Source: an uncultured delta proteobacterium
Lineage (GTDB): Bacteria > Myxococcota > Myxococcia > Myxococcales > Myxococcaceae
Assembly (NCBI GenBank): GCA_963771175.1
Contig: CAVYSY010000033.1
Location: forward strand, 1 to 64,000
DNA: 64,000 bases
Direction of reading: 5' to 3'
The notes under the pieces were generated by a model. It was not told the DNA's origin, did no database searches, and saw nothing but the letters and a program-made list of their open reading frames with translations. This document shows positions 41,737 to 52,304 of the stretch, in pieces. The position numbers and the translations under genes are program-made. Every line of letters starts with the position of its first letter. Within the stretch, counting starts at the first letter, position 1.

Positions 41737-44697
41737 CTAGCAGCCCACCGGGTAGGTGATCTCCACGGTGGCCCCGGGAGCGGGCGCCGCGTTGAGGTCG
41801 AAGATGACGCTGTTGGTGCCCGCGTCATACGTCCACCCGGTCGTCACCTGCACCCCATCCACCTTCACCACGATGCGCGAGGGGTCCGAGGGCTTCTCGC
41901 TGAGCGTGAAGGTGCGGTTGGGACCGAAGGCGCTCTCCGAGAGCTTCTCCAGCGAGCCGGCCCAGTTGGGCGTGCAGATGCTCTCCACCACGCCGCCAGT
42001 GGCCTGGGCGAGCTGGATGTAGCGGTTGCCAGAGCTGCTGGCCTTGGGGCAGGTGGCCAGATCGCTCGGCCCGGCGATGGCGGAGAAGATGACCTTCGAG
42101 GCGTCTCCCCCCTTCAGCCCCAGGAGGAACGTCTCATAGAAGGACACCGGCTGCGGAGAGAAGTCCTCCTCGTCGGTGATGGCGATGATGGCCAGCTTGG
42201 CATCGTTGCGCAGGAAGTTGGCGTTGCCGTCATTGGTCAGCGGGGTGCGCGGGTCGTCCAGGTTGAAGACGAGCGGATCCGACAGGCTGCGGTACATGGC
42301 CTCCAGGCCCTGCTCGTTCCAGTGGCACACGCCCACCTGCGTGTTGTGCGCGAAGACGGACTCGGCCGCCGGCGTGGTGGGGGTGATGACGCGCGGCGAG
42401 GAGCCATCCACGGGGAAGAAGCGCCCGTTCTCACCGCCCTCGGCTCCACCCGGGCACACCGCCCAGCCGCCCGAGGAGCGCTCGAGGCCGGTGGTGGTGA
42501 CGGCGATGTGGTAGTCCACGCCCGCGGCGGCCGCGTGGATGAGGAAGGCCGAGAAGTTCTGACCCAGGTTCTGCTGCTCGTCCATCATCGAGCCCGAGTT
42601 GTCCACCACGAACAGCACGTCCACCCTGGCCTCGGACTGCTGGATGAACTCGTCGGTCTGGTCCGTCTTCAGCACGCCCTTGCCCACCAGGCCCACCGTG
42701 TAGGGCGAGCCCGTGCCCAGATCGAACCGGAGCGCGGCCACGTCATCCCCATCGCTCTGCGGCTCGTACGTCACCTTCATGAGCGTCTCGCTGTTGGCGG
42801 CGAGCACCGCCGGGAAGAGCAGGCCGTGCGTCAGCTTGAAGTCGCTCGCGTCGCCCTCGAGGTTCATCCCCACCAACGTCGTGGGCCCGGGGCACTTGTT
42901 GTAGACGACCAGCCCGCGCTCCTTCGGGCCGCAGGTGAGCCGATTGACGCCGAAGTCCAGGGTGGTGGGTTGCACGGAGAAGCAGCCCTGCACGCCCTGA
43001 CCGTGCAGAGGAATCAGCACGTGGCCGTTGGACGGGTGGTTGACCCAGCCCTCCGCCATGCCGGAGAACCCGCCCGCCTCGCCCGGCTTGAAGCGCACGA
43101 GCAGCAGGGCCCGCTGGCCCGGCGCGAGCACGGTGTTCCCCGTCTTGTCCGCACTGAAGGACGCATCCGAGCCCTCGGCGAGCTGCATCCCCGCCAGGTA
43201 GCACTCGGTGGCGCCGATGTTGCGAATCGCCGCGCTGAGCGTCACCTCGGAGCCCACCGGCACGCTGCCGAAGTCCACCGAGGCCGGCTCGGCCTTGTAC
43301 TGGCAGGGCGAGAACACCTTGCCCGCGCCCATCACCTTCACCACCTCGGTGGACGTGCTGCGCCCGTCGAGCACCTTGACGGAGAGCTCCGCCTCGCCCG
43401 CCCCGAGGCCGGCGCGCGGCATGAAGGTGATGGGCACCGCGATGGACTGGCCCGCGGCGACGGGCATGCTGGAGGGCGCCTGCGCCAGGAGGAAGTAGCC
43501 GCCCTTCTTCGTGGAGAGCTTCACGTCGCTCACCAGCACGTCGTTGCGGCAGCGGTTCACGATCTGCACGTCCCGGGTGGCGTTCATGCCCTCGGCCACC
43601 TCGCCGAAGTCGAGCGGATCCGGCTGCAACACCACGCACGAGGCACCACCCTCACCTGTCAGCGTCACCTTGGGCCCGGGTTTCGTGGTGCCCACGGGCC
43701 GCACGTCGATCTCCAGCCGAGCGGCGCGCACGGGGCCGCTGGCGGTGGGCGAGAAGGCCACGCGGATCTCGACCACGGCGCCCGCGGCGAGCACGTTGCC
43801 CACGAGCGTGGGCTCGCTCACCACGCGGAAGGCGCCGCTCGCGTTGTCCAGCAGCTTCACGCCGCCGTACGCCATGTGCTCGGTGCCCAGGTTGCGCACG
43901 GTGATGCGCTCCTCGGCGGTGGCGCGCAGCTGCACCCGGCCGAAGTCCACCCGCAGGGGCGTCACCTCGAGCTGCGTGGCAATGCCCGTGCCGGCGAGCT
44001 GCACCACGGTGGGCTCGCACGTGGAGCACACCGACACGCGCGCGATGGCCTGGGCGGCGCCCAGCCGCTCCGGCGTGAAGGACAGCGACACCCGGCGCTC
44101 CTCGCCCGGCGCCAGCGTGAAAGGCACCCCGGCCTCGCTGGAGCCGAACTCGTCCGCGTCCGCCCCGTCCAGGTCCACGCGCACCGGGCTGTCCACCTGC
44201 GAGGGATTGCGCACCACCAGCTCGCGCAGCTCTACGTTGCCCAGCTCCACGTTGCCGAAGTCGATCGCGGGCGTCTTCACCTCCACCCACGCCTTCACGC
44301 CCTGCCCGTCCACGCCGAGCCGCGCCACGCCCTCCTTCACGTTGTCGGCGTCGGTGAGCACCTCCAGCATCCCCTGCACCGCGCCCTCCACGTCCGGCGT
44401 GAAGCGCACCTCCAGCTCCCGCTCGCCGCCCGCCTTCAGCACGAAGGCCTCGAAGGGCAGCACCTCCACGTTGGGCAGGCTGGCCGTCGCCCCCTGCACG
44501 GTGAAGGGAGCTCGGCCCCGGTTGGACAGCCGCACCTTCATCGTCTTGGTGACACCCACCGCCGAGAGGCCGAACTCCAGCTTCTCCGGGAACGCGCCCA
44601 GCCCCGTCTGGGCCGGTCGCGACGACCGCGGATCGCAGCCCGCCCCGAACAGGGCCAACACGCACGCTGCCACGCACACCCAGCGCAATCCGACCAT
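41737..44697 (-). CDS. Large lipoprotein with tandem Ig-like (choice-of-anchor D / ASH-like) repeats and a C-terminal vWA domain
   Basis: Lipobox GAGC; about six (L/V)DFG.V...N.G repeats; MIDAS motif VDVLFVVDNSGSM. Confidence 0.8.
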   Translation of the reverse strand: MVGLRWVCVAACVLALFGAGCDPRSSRPAQTGLGAFPEKLEFGLSAVGVTKTMKVRLSNRGRAPFTVQGATASLPNVEVLPFEAFVLKAGGERELEVRFTPDVEGAVQGMLEVLTDADNVKEGVARLGVDGQGVKAWVEVKTPAIDFGNVELGNVELRELVVRNPSQVDSPVRVDLDGADADEFGSSEAGVPFTLAPGEERRVSLSFTPERLGAAQAIARVSVCSTCEPTVVQLAGTGIATQLEVTPLRVDFGRVQLRATAEERITVRNLGTEHMAYGGVKLLDNASGAFRVVSEPTLVGNVLAAGAVVEIRVAFSPTASGPVRAARLEIDVRPVGTTKPGPKVTLTGEGGASCVVLQPDPLDFGEVAEGMNATRDVQIVNRCRNDVLVSDVKLSTKKGGYFLLAQAPSSMPVAAGQSIAVPITFMPRAGLGAGEAELSVKVLDGRSTSTEVVKVMGAGKVFSPCQYKAEPASVDFGSVPVGSEVTLSAAIRNIGATECYLAGMQLAEGSDASFSADKTGNTVLAPGQRALLLVRFKPGEAGGFSGMAEGWVNHPSNGHVLIPLHGQGVQGCFSVQPTTLDFGVNRLTCGPKERGLVVYNKCPGPTTLVGMNLEGDASDFKLTHGLLFPAVLAANSETLMKVTYEPQSDGDDVAALRFDLGTGSPYTVGLVGKGVLKTDQTDEFIQQSEARVDVLFVVDNSGSMMDEQQNLGQNFSAFLIHAAAAGVDYHIAVTTTGLERSSGGWAVCPGGAEGGENGRFFPVDGSSPRVITPTTPAAESVFAHNTQVGVCHWNEQGLEAMYRSLSDPLVFNLDDPRTPLTNDGNANFLRNDAKLAIIAITDEEDFSPQPVSFYETFLLGLKGGDASKVIFSAIAGPSDLATCPKASSSGNRYIQLAQATGGVVESICTPNWAGSLEKLSESAFGPNRTFTLSEKPSDPSRIVVKVDGVQVTTGWTYDAGTNSVIFDLNAAPAPGATVEITYPVGC

Positions 44698-44964
44698 TGC
44701 AGCCTCCACCAGACCGGCGCCCGCACGGCTCGCGCGCTCACCAGCCATACCTGGGGTGAGGGTCTCTGCAACCTCGGGGCCGAGGAGAAAGGACTGCCCA
44801 CTGACGCGACAAGTCGCGGGACTCTTGGGAAAACTCTTGGACTCGCGGGAGACGCAACCTGCCCCGCGGTCCCCCTCTTCTGAAAAGACTTCCGGAGTGC
44901 CCGACAGGCGACGGGTAAAAACCGGAACCCCCCGGGAGAAGAAAGGGAACCACGAACTCCCGGT

Positions 44965-45864
44965 TCAGGGCGAAGGTCGGGAAGCCAGGATGAGCAGGCG
45001 AGGAGCCAGGCCCGTGCCCCACAGCACGCCGCCCATGCAGATCAACGCACCCACCAGCGCGAGCGGCTGGAGGGGTTCGCCCAGCAGCAGCGCGCCGAGC
45101 ATCCACGAGAAGGCGGGGGTGAGCTGGGTGGTGATGCCGCCCACGGCCGTCGACGTCACGTGGGCCATGCCGTAGGTGAAGATCATCTGCGCGACCGCCG
45201 AGGACAGGCCCACACCGAGCAGCGGCAGCAGCAGGTCCCCACTCAGGGGCCGCCAGTCCTGGAGGGCGAAGGGCAGGCCGAACAGCAGCCCGAAGAGGCA
45301 GAAGGACAGGAAGATGGAGGAGGCGTCGGTGTCGTGACGCAGGGCGCGCAGGGCGATGACGGCCGCACCGCTGAAGACGGCGGACAGCGCCCCGGCCCCC
45401 GCGCCCACGCCCAGGGTGAAGCCCATCCCCCCCTGGACCGTGCTCCAGATGACGAGCCCCGCGCCCACCGTGGTAGCCGCCAGCCCCGTGGCCAGATAGC
45501 CGTTCACCCGCTCGCCCAGGATGAAGAGGCCCAGGATGGCCGCGCAGATGGGCCAGCAGGAGTTGAGCAGCGTGGCGGGCCCCACCGCCAGCTGGTCGAT
45601 GGCCACGAAATACAAGTAGACGGAGGCGCCTCCGAAGATGCCGCGCAGGGCCCACAGCCCGGGCCGCCCCATGCGCGGCCGCGTCCCGGTGAGCGGGTAG
45701 TACAGCGCCAGGAAGGCGAGGCCGATGACGAAGCGCGCGCACACCACCTGTCCCACCGACAGCCGGCCCGACACCGAGCGCGCGCAGAAGGCCATCACGG
45801 CGAACAGGAAGCTGGAGATGACGAGCAGCGGAGAGCCGCGCAGGCGCTCGGGGATGGGGGGCAT
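44965..45864 (-). CDS. DMT/EamA-family transporter
   Basis: About ten TM helices in two repeats, each ending LGE. Confidence 0.85.
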   Translation of the reverse strand: MPPIPERLRGSPLLVISSFLFAVMAFCARSVSGRLSVGQVVCARFVIGLAFLALYYPLTGTRPRMGRPGLWALRGIFGGASVYLYFVAIDQLAVGPATLLNSCWPICAAILGLFILGERVNGYLATGLAATTVGAGLVIWSTVQGGMGFTLGVGAGAGALSAVFSGAAVIALRALRHDTDASSIFLSFCLFGLLFGLPFALQDWRPLSGDLLLPLLGVGLSSAVAQMIFTYGMAHVTSTAVGGITTQLTPAFSWMLGALLLGEPLQPLALVGALICMGGVLWGTGLAPRLLILASRPSP

Positions 45865-46039
45865 GCGAGCGGCACCCTACACGCGGACGGGGCCGCCGCC
45901 CACGGCCCCCTTGTCCGCCCGCTCCCCTCCCTGGCGGCGGGGGGATGGGCCTTGAAAATCCAGCTGTTCAGGGCCATTCAACCCCCGCGCGCCCGCATTC
46001 CCCCTACCTGCGCGCCCTTTCAGTGGTACACCGCGCCCC

Positions 46040-48919
46040 ATGTCCGAGCCCGACGTCATCTCCATCCGAGGAGCCAAGGAGCACAACCTCAAGAACATCT
46101 CCCTGGAGATTCCGAAGAAGAAGCTGGTGGTGTTCACCGGCGTCTCCGGCTCGGGGAAGAGTTCCTTGGCGTTCGACACCCTCTACGCCGAGGGCCAACG
46201 CCGCTACGTGGAGAGCCTCTCGGCCTATGCCCGGCAGTTCCTCGGGCAGATGGAGAAGCCCAAGTACGACACGATCCGCGGCCTATCGCCCACCATCTCC
46301 ATCGAGCAGAAGGCGGCCAGCAACAACCCGCGCTCGACGGTGGGCACCGTCACCGAGGTGCACGACTACCTGCGCGTGCTCTACGCCTCCGTCGGCGTGC
46401 AGCACTGCCCCAACTGCGGCAAGGTGGGCAAGCAGAGCGCCCAGCAGATCGTCGACACGCTGATGGACTCGCCCACCGGCACCAAGCTTCAGGTGCTCGC
46501 GCCCGTCGTCACCAACCGCAAGGGCGAGCACAAGGACATCCTCACCGAGGCGCAGAAGCGCGGGTTCTCGCGCGCGCGCATCGACGGCAAGGTGAAGAGC
46601 CTGGAGGAGCGCATCGAGCTGGACAAGAAGTGCAAGCACGACATCGCGCTCATCATCGACCGGCTGGTGCTCAAGCCGGAGGTGAAGCAGCGGCTGACGG
46701 ACTCGGTGGAGACGGCCCTGCGCGAGGGCAAGGGCATGCTCATCATCACCGACGAGACGGGCAGCCTCGCGAGCGACCGCATCATGAGCGAGCTCAACGC
46801 CTGCCACGCGTGCGGCCTGTCCTTCGGCGAGCTCAGCCCGTCCTCGTTCTCCTTCAACAACCCGCTGGGCATGTGCTCGGACTGCAACGGCCTGGGCACG
46901 AAGGCGGAGATGGACCCGGACCGGATCGTCCCGGACCCCTCTCGCAGCCTGCGCGACGGCGCGGTCGAGCCGTGGGCCAGCGGCATGAACAAGGGCGAGG
47001 GCTGGACGGCGGACTTCGTGGAGAGCCTCGCCGAGGCCTTCGACATCGACCTGGACGCGCCGTACGCGAAGCTGCCGGCCAAGGCGAAGAAGCTCCTCAT
47101 GAACGGCGCCGAGGGCAAGCGCTTCACCGTCAAGTGGGGCGAGGGCGGCCGCTACGAGATGGAGTGGGAGGGGCTCGTCAACAAGCTGATGCGCAGCTTC
47201 AAGACGACCACGTCCGAGGCGATGCGCACCTACTACCAGAAGTTCTTCAGCGACAAGCCGTGCCCCACCTGCGACGGGGCGCGCCTGAAGCCGGAGAGCC
47301 GGGCGGTGAAGGTGCACGGGCGCTCCATCGTGGACCTGAGCGGGCAGACCATCGGCGACGCGCTGCGCTGGCTGAAGGGGCTGGAGCTGACGCAGACGGA
47401 GCGGAAGATCGCCACCGAGCTGCTCAAGGAGATCCGCAGCCGCCTGGGCTTCCTGGAGGACGTGGGCCTCGCGTACCTGACGCTGGACCGCACCGCGTCC
47501 ACGCTCTCCGGTGGCGAGAGCCAGCGCATCCGGCTGGCCTCGCAGATGGGCAGCGAGCTGACGGGCGTCATCTACATCCTCGACGAGCCCTCCATCGGCC
47601 TGCACCAGCGCGACAACGGCAAGCTGCTGGCCACGCTCAAGCGGCTGCGCGACCTGGGCAACTCCGTCGTCGTGGTGGAGCACGACGAGGAGACGATGGA
47701 GGAGGCGGACTGGCTCGTGGACTTCGGGCCGGGCGCGGGCGAGCTGGGCGGCGAGGTGGTGGCCGAGGGCACTCCGGCGCAGGTGATGGACAACGAGAAG
47801 AGCTCCACCGGCGCGTACCTCTCCGGCCGCAAGGAGATCGAGGTCCCCGATCAGCGACGCGAGCCCGGCAAGACGAAGGTGCGAATCGAGGGCGCGAAGG
47901 AGAACAACCTCAAGGACGTGACGGTGGACATTCCGCTCGGGATGTTCGTGGCCGTGACCGGCGTGTCCGGCGCGGGCAAGTCCACGCTCATCAACGAGAT
48001 CCTCTACCCCGCCGCCGCGCGAGCGCTGTACGAGAGCCGCGAGGTGCCGGGCAAGCACAAGGCGATTACGGGGCTGGAGCACCTGGACAAGGTCATCGAC
48101 ATCGACCAGCGGCCCATCGGACGCACGCCGCGGAGCAACCCGGCCACGTACACGAAGGTGTTCGACGCCATCCGCGAGGTGTTCGCGATGACGCCGGAGG
48201 CGCGGGCGTTCGGGTACACGGCGGGACGCTTCTCCTTCAACATCAAGGGCGGGCGCTGCGAGGCGTGCGAGGGCGACGGCGTGAAGCTGGTGGAGATGCA
48301 CTTCCTGGCGGACGTGTACGTGCCGTGCGAGGTGTGCAACGGCAAGCGCTTCAACGAGGCCACGCTGCGGGTGCTCTACAAGGGGAAGAACATCGCCGAG
48401 GTGCTCGAGATGAGCGTGCGCGAGGCGATGCAGCACTTCAGCGCGCACAAGGACATCATGCGCGTGCTCCAGACGCTGGAGGACGTGGGCCTGGGCTACA
48501 TCCGGCTGGGGCAGAGCTCCCCCACCCTGTCCGGCGGCGAGGCCCAGCGCATCAAGCTGGCGCGCGAGCTGGCGCGCGTGGCCACGGGCCGCACGCTCTA
48601 CATCCTCGACGAGCCCACCACGGGCCTGCACTTCGAGGACATCCGCAAGCTGCTGCACGTGCTCAACCGGCTGGTGGAGGCGGGCAACACGGTGCTGGTC
48701 ATCGAGCACAACCTGGACGTCATCAAGAGCGCGGACTGGGTGATCGACCTGGGACCCGAGGGCGGCGCGGGCGGCGGGCAGTTGCTGGCCACGGGCACGC
48801 CCGAGCAGGTGGCCGAGGTGAAGGAGAGCCACACCGGGCGCTACCTCAAGCACGTGCTGACGAAGTCGCGGAAGCACCGCGTGGGCCGCAGGCCCGACAC
48901 GGCGGCTCCCGCGGCCTGA
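46040..48919 (+). CDS. uvrA: Excinuclease ABC subunit A
   Basis: [19 protein letters not shown], zinc fingers, LSGGESQR, second [11 protein letters not shown] / LSGGEAQR. Confidence 0.98.
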   Translation: MSEPDVISIRGAKEHNLKNISLEIPKKKLVVFTGVSGSGKSSLAFDTLYAEGQRRYVESLSAYARQFLGQMEKPKYDTIRGLSPTISIEQKAASNNPRSTVGTVTEVHDYLRVLYASVGVQHCPNCGKVGKQSAQQIVDTLMDSPTGTKLQVLAPVVTNRKGEHKDILTEAQKRGFSRARIDGKVKSLEERIELDKKCKHDIALIIDRLVLKPEVKQRLTDSVETALREGKGMLIITDETGSLASDRIMSELNACHACGLSFGELSPSSFSFNNPLGMCSDCNGLGTKAEMDPDRIVPDPSRSLRDGAVEPWASGMNKGEGWTADFVESLAEAFDIDLDAPYAKLPAKAKKLLMNGAEGKRFTVKWGEGGRYEMEWEGLVNKLMRSFKTTTSEAMRTYYQKFFSDKPCPTCDGARLKPESRAVKVHGRSIVDLSGQTIGDALRWLKGLELTQTERKIATELLKEIRSRLGFLEDVGLAYLTLDRTASTLSGGESQRIRLASQMGSELTGVIYILDEPSIGLHQRDNGKLLATLKRLRDLGNSVVVVEHDEETMEEADWLVDFGPGAGELGGEVVAEGTPAQVMDNEKSSTGAYLSGRKEIEVPDQRREPGKTKVRIEGAKENNLKDVTVDIPLGMFVAVTGVSGAGKSTLINEILYPAAARALYESREVPGKHKAITGLEHLDKVIDIDQRPIGRTPRSNPATYTKVFDAIREVFAMTPEARAFGYTAGRFSFNIKGGRCEACEGDGVKLVEMHFLADVYVPCEVCNGKRFNEATLRVLYKGKNIAEVLEMSVREAMQHFSAHKDIMRVLQTLEDVGLGYIRLGQSSPTLSGGEAQRIKLARELARVATGRTLYILDEPTTGLHFEDIRKLLHVLNRLVEAGNTVLVIEHNLDVIKSADWVIDLGPEGGAGGGQLLATGTPEQVAEVKESHTGRYLKHVLTKSRKHRVGRRPDTAAPAA
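48663..48860 (+). repeat. 198-bp direct repeat, copy 1 (inside the uvrA 3' end)
   Basis: Matches 51229-51426 with 6 substitutions by manual comparison. Confidence 0.9.
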
Positions 48920-48939
48920 TCGTGTGAACATCACGGGGC

Positions 48940-48967
48940 GGCGAGTTCGATTCCCGCCGCCTCCACC
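48940..48967 (+). repeat. tmRNA/tRNA 3'-end-like fragment (T-arm + acceptor strand), copy 1
   Basis: GGCGAGTTCGATTCCCGCCGCCTCCACC; no 5' half nearby. Confidence 0.65.
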
Positions 48968-48972
48968 TTCAG

Positions 48973-49010
48973 GGCCCCAGGTTCTCAGGGACCTGGGGCC
49001 TTTTGTTTTT
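48973..49010 (+). terminator. Intrinsic terminator downstream of uvrA
   Basis: GGCCCCAGGT-N8-ACCTGGGGCC followed by TTTTGTTTTT. Confidence 0.85.
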
Positions 49011-49173
49011 CCGGGGGACCATCGGTGCTGAAGCGCCGTTCGATTCCGTTGATACCTTTTCGGGCGCATGGCAGCGTCGACGACCTCGTGAGCATGACGA
49101 TTGCGCACCCCCGGAGCGCTGATTGTCGTTTCTGGCGCGCCTTCGTCTGCCGGGCGGACTACGTTCGCCTCCG

Positions 49174-50001
49174 ATGTCCGGAACCCGAAAAGACAAAATC
49201 GACAAAATCAGCACTGACGAGGTCCATCGCTGGCTGGGCCCGTTGCTGCGCCAGCGCACGAAGCTGGTGCCGGGAGCAGCCGCCCGCGACGACTCTCTCC
49301 TCGCCACCCGCTTCGGTGGCGTGCCCACGGGCTGCCGCGGCGAGTGGTGGCCCACTTGTGACTGCGGCCGCCTCCTGAGCTTCGTTGCGCAGGTGAACCA
49401 TGCGCGGGACGCCCTGCACTCGCCAAAGCTCGACATCGACTTCTTCACGTTCTTCTACTGCTGGGACTGCAACCCGCTACGGCCACGGAAGAAGCCGGGC
49501 GGATTTCGGGTGATTGCGTACCCGTCGCTCCCTCATGACCAGGCGTGCGAACTCCGACCCGAGCCGGACGCCATCAAAGGCAGCAGATGGTACGAGTTCG
49601 AGCCTCGATTCGTGACCCCGCGACTCGAACAATCGCTCCCCGATTCCGTTGGGTTTGAGGTGCACTGCCCTCCGCTCTGGGACCGGGTTCCCGGAGACTC
49701 CGGTGCTCGGCAGGCGTGGGAGAACTGGCACGTGGTGGATCAAGTTGCCAGCGAGCTGGCGGGTGTTCCCGAGCGGCCTTCGCTTCGCAACCGAGGAGTG
49801 GTGCTCGGCGGATATCCGCACTGGGCGAACGGCCCGGACGAGACGCCACGCTGCACCGCTTGCGGAGAGCTGATGGAGCTGCTGCTGCAGATCTCCCCCT
49901 CCGAGGTGACGGACGCCACCTGGGGCGATGTGTGGACGCCTTATCTCTTCATGTGCCGGACACATCTGGAGGAAGTCGCGCTTCGCCTGCAGGGCACGTG
50001 A
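49174..50001 (+). CDS. YwqG/DUF1963-like protein
   Basis: TRFGGVP...WPTCDCGRLLSFVAQVN and LGGYPHW...CTACGELMELLLQI...WGD. Confidence 0.7.
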   Translation: MSGTRKDKIDKISTDEVHRWLGPLLRQRTKLVPGAAARDDSLLATRFGGVPTGCRGEWWPTCDCGRLLSFVAQVNHARDALHSPKLDIDFFTFFYCWDCNPLRPRKKPGGFRVIAYPSLPHDQACELRPEPDAIKGSRWYEFEPRFVTPRLEQSLPDSVGFEVHCPPLWDRVPGDSGARQAWENWHVVDQVASELAGVPERPSLRNRGVVLGGYPHWANGPDETPRCTACGELMELLLQISPSEVTDATWGDVWTPYLFMCRTHLEEVALRLQGT

Positions 50002-50106
50002 CCGGACTTCCATTCGCTTGTTCCAGACGATTTGGGAGAGATGTCCGTCATATGATTGATGACACTCTGCCCCGTCCGCCTCCGGGCAGCCACCGTCCGG
50101 CGTCGT

Positions 50107-50670
50107 TCAACTGGACGTGGAGGGCTCCGCTGCTCGCGGTAGAGGCGCTGCCGCACCAGCGCTCCGACGGGCCCGTACCGGCAGCCCGGCCGAGCTCCGC
50201 GCGAACCAGTACAGCGCCATCAGGAACGAAATGAACGTGATGAAGTCGAGAGGCGCACGGAGGAACGTCAAGCGCGTCCAGTTGTCGACCCGCGCCAGCA
50301 ACTCGGGCATCGGGGCGGAGTCCACCGGGACCTTCTGGAAGGCGAGCATCTCCGGGATGAAGTACAGAAAGCTCCACGTGCGCATAACCAGGTACGAGGC
50401 CACGCCCACCAGCAGCCACCGCCGCACCCTCCGGTCATGCCAGGTCGACACCAGCGCGGCGATGATGAGCAGCGTGATGAACCCGTGCACCGGAATCCAG
50501 AAGCGCTGAAGCGGAACGCCCGAGTCTGGCTGGATGAGGGTGAATGAGGCCGGGGGGGACGCGCTCCAGATGGGGTTCACAACGAAGTGCTCATAGAGCC
50601 CACCGCCGATCGCCGCCGCCGACGACACGCAGAGGAGCAACAGGCACCACTTCGCGATCTGGTGCTTCAT
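50107..50670 (-). CDS. Four-TM membrane protein (DUF1772-like)
   Basis: GGGLYEHFVVNPIW...RFWIPVH...YFIPE; TM pattern. Confidence 0.6.
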   Translation of the reverse strand: MKHQIAKWCLLLLCVSSAAAIGGGLYEHFVVNPIWSASPPASFTLIQPDSGVPLQRFWIPVHGFITLLIIAALVSTWHDRRVRRWLLVGVASYLVMRTWSFLYFIPEMLAFQKVPVDSAPMPELLARVDNWTRLTFLRAPLDFITFISFLMALYWFARSSAGLPVRARRSAGAAAPLPRAAEPSTSS

Positions 50671-50949
50671 GCCGCCACTCAAACTACTCACGAGCTCGGC
50701 GTGGCGTCGGAACCGTTTCACCGCTCGCCAGAGAGCTCGCCCCGCTACCTCCTCGTCGTCCGCCGACGTGCCGAGCTCGGGCACTTCGCACGCCCGGGCC
50801 GTATTCCCACCATCTGGAGTCCCCCGTGCGCGCATACACAGCGGAGGGGCGGGCGCGCCTTGTCAGACGCCGGAGGGCTCCGAACCTTGTACTTTATACA
50901 GAAGGGCGGAACCCCCTCCCGCCCTGTGGATCCACGAGGAGCCCCAGCC

Positions 50950-51210
50950 ATGGCCGACATCAAGAGCAAGGAGACCTTCACCCACGCCAATCTGGATAGC
51001 GCCACCGAAGAGGAGCTCCGGACGGCGAACCAGGCTCCCGAGGAGTTGGAGCGGGCGGCCAGGCACCAGCCTCCTGGGGAGGAGCGCCGCGACGTCACCG
51101 ATGCGGACATCGGCGAGGACGGCATCCTCCGCAAGGGCATCGGCTTCCGCGAGGACGCGGACGCCGCCGTGCGCAAGGAGCCGCCCCTGCGCGACAAGAG
51201 CCGGGAGTGA
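50950..51210 (+). CDS. Small acidic hypothetical protein
   Basis: GAGGAG RBS; 86-aa [10 protein letters not shown]... Confidence 0.65.
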   Translation: MADIKSKETFTHANLDSATEEELRTANQAPEELERAARHQPPGEERRDVTDADIGEDGILRKGIGFREDADAAVRKEPPLRDKSRE

Positions 51211-51228
51211 GCGGGAGGCGTGTGCCTG

Positions 51229-51426
51229 TCAACCGGCTGGTGGAGGCGGGCAACACGGTACTGGTCATCGAGCACAACCTGGACGTCATCAAGAGCGCGA
51301 ACTGGGTGATCGATCTGGGACCCGAGGGCGGCGCGGGCGGCGGGCAGTTGCTCGCCACGGGCACTCCCGAGGAGGTGGCCGAGGTGAAGGAGAGCCACAC
51401 CGGGCGCTACCTCAAGCACGTGCTGA
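51229..51426 (+). pseudogene. Duplicated uvrA 3' fragment (198-bp direct repeat, copy 2)
   Basis: Encodes [21 protein letters not shown]...[10 protein letters not shown]. Confidence 0.9.
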
Positions 51427-51433
51427 ACGAGGT

Positions 51434-51461
51434 GGCGAGTTCGATTCCCGCCGCCCTCCAC
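51434..51461 (+). repeat. tmRNA/tRNA 3'-end-like fragment, copy 2
   Basis: GGCGAGTTCGATTCCCGCCGCCCTCCAC (one extra C relative to copy 1). Confidence 0.65.
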
Positions 51462-51466
51462 TGGAT

Positions 51467-52087
51467 TTAGCAAAGCCCGCCAAGAGCTACTCGGGGCAGG
51501 ACTTCGCGCATGGAGCCCTCCACGATCTGGCTTGAGACCTGCCGGGCCACACACTCGAAAGCATAGTCCTTGAAGAACAGGAGGTAGTGGCGCAGGGCTC
51601 GCCAGACCGCGGGATCGTACTGCGGGTGGTTGCGATTCATGGCCTCGAGTTCCCCGAGCCAGGGGGAGTTCTCCACCATGTAGGCTCCCCCCACGTCGAT
51701 CCCCTTTCCGAACAAGGGATGGCCCTCGATGACCTCGTCATTGGGGGCACCCAGTTTCATGCTCTCGCAGTCCTCGAATGTGAGGATGGCGATGCGACGA
51801 GGCACTGGCTCGGTCCCCAGCGCTTCATACAGCACCAGGGCGTTGAGTCCATCACCGAGCACGAGCGGGCTGGGCTCTATGGAAAAAGTCCAATCCTCGG
51901 GCCACGGCCAAGGAACCGCATACGGTTCCCCCTTGGCCGCAGCCAGCGCGCGCTCCGCATGGAGAACCTCGTCATGGAGTTGGAGAAGTTCATGCCTGTC
52001 TCCACCCCTCTGCCTTTGTTCTCGTACCGCATCTTCGTAGCGTCTACGCGCTTCGAACAATTCCCGCTCGTGTCTTTCGATGTTCAT
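51467..52087 (-). CDS. Hypothetical protein (GxPNDE...GHPL motif)
   Basis: Intact 206-aa ORF in visibly more AT-rich DNA. Confidence 0.7.
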   Translation of the reverse strand: MNIERHERELFEARRRYEDAVREQRQRGGDRHELLQLHDEVLHAERALAAAKGEPYAVPWPWPEDWTFSIEPSPLVLGDGLNALVLYEALGTEPVPRRIAILTFEDCESMKLGAPNDEVIEGHPLFGKGIDVGGAYMVENSPWLGELEAMNRNHPQYDPAVWRALRHYLLFFKDYAFECVARQVSSQIVEGSMREVLPRVALGGLC

Positions 52088-52191
52088 GGCGAACTACTCC
52101 TGTCGGAATACCTCCATCGCACGGCATTCGTATCGTGATGTCATCAGGTGCGATCGGATAGCCAGTGCCTCCTTTCTTGGCTGCCATCCTT

Positions 52192-52299
52192 GTCGCCGAG
52201 GAGTACGAGGCGAACGGGCTAACGCAGAGGGTGTTCGCGCAGCGCCGGGGCATGACGCTGAGCACGTTGCCGTCGTGAGTGTACCGGCGTAGGCGTCAG
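52192..52299 (+). mobile_element. IS66-family tnpA (HTH accessory gene) remnant
   Basis: Translates VAEEYEANGLTQRVFAQRRGMTLSTLPS*VYRRRRQ, with TGA where Trp is expected. Confidence 0.6.
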
Positions 52300-52304
52300 A
52301 ACGG

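Noticed and set aside
45950..45973. LexA/SOS box upstream of uvrA (CCTTGAA-N10-TTCAGGG)
   Set aside because: Only the GTTCAGG half resembles the myxobacterial LexA site as I recall it; too weak to call.
48930..48970. A complete tRNA or tmRNA gene after uvrA
   Set aside because: Only the T-arm and 3' acceptor strand are present, with no D-arm, anticodon arm or 5' strand.
31897..49108. Very long ORFs antisense or off-frame to addA, addB, the vWA lipoprotein and uvrA
   Set aside because: Shadow ORFs caused by high-GC codon bias; the products are Arg/Ala/Gly-rich with no motifs.
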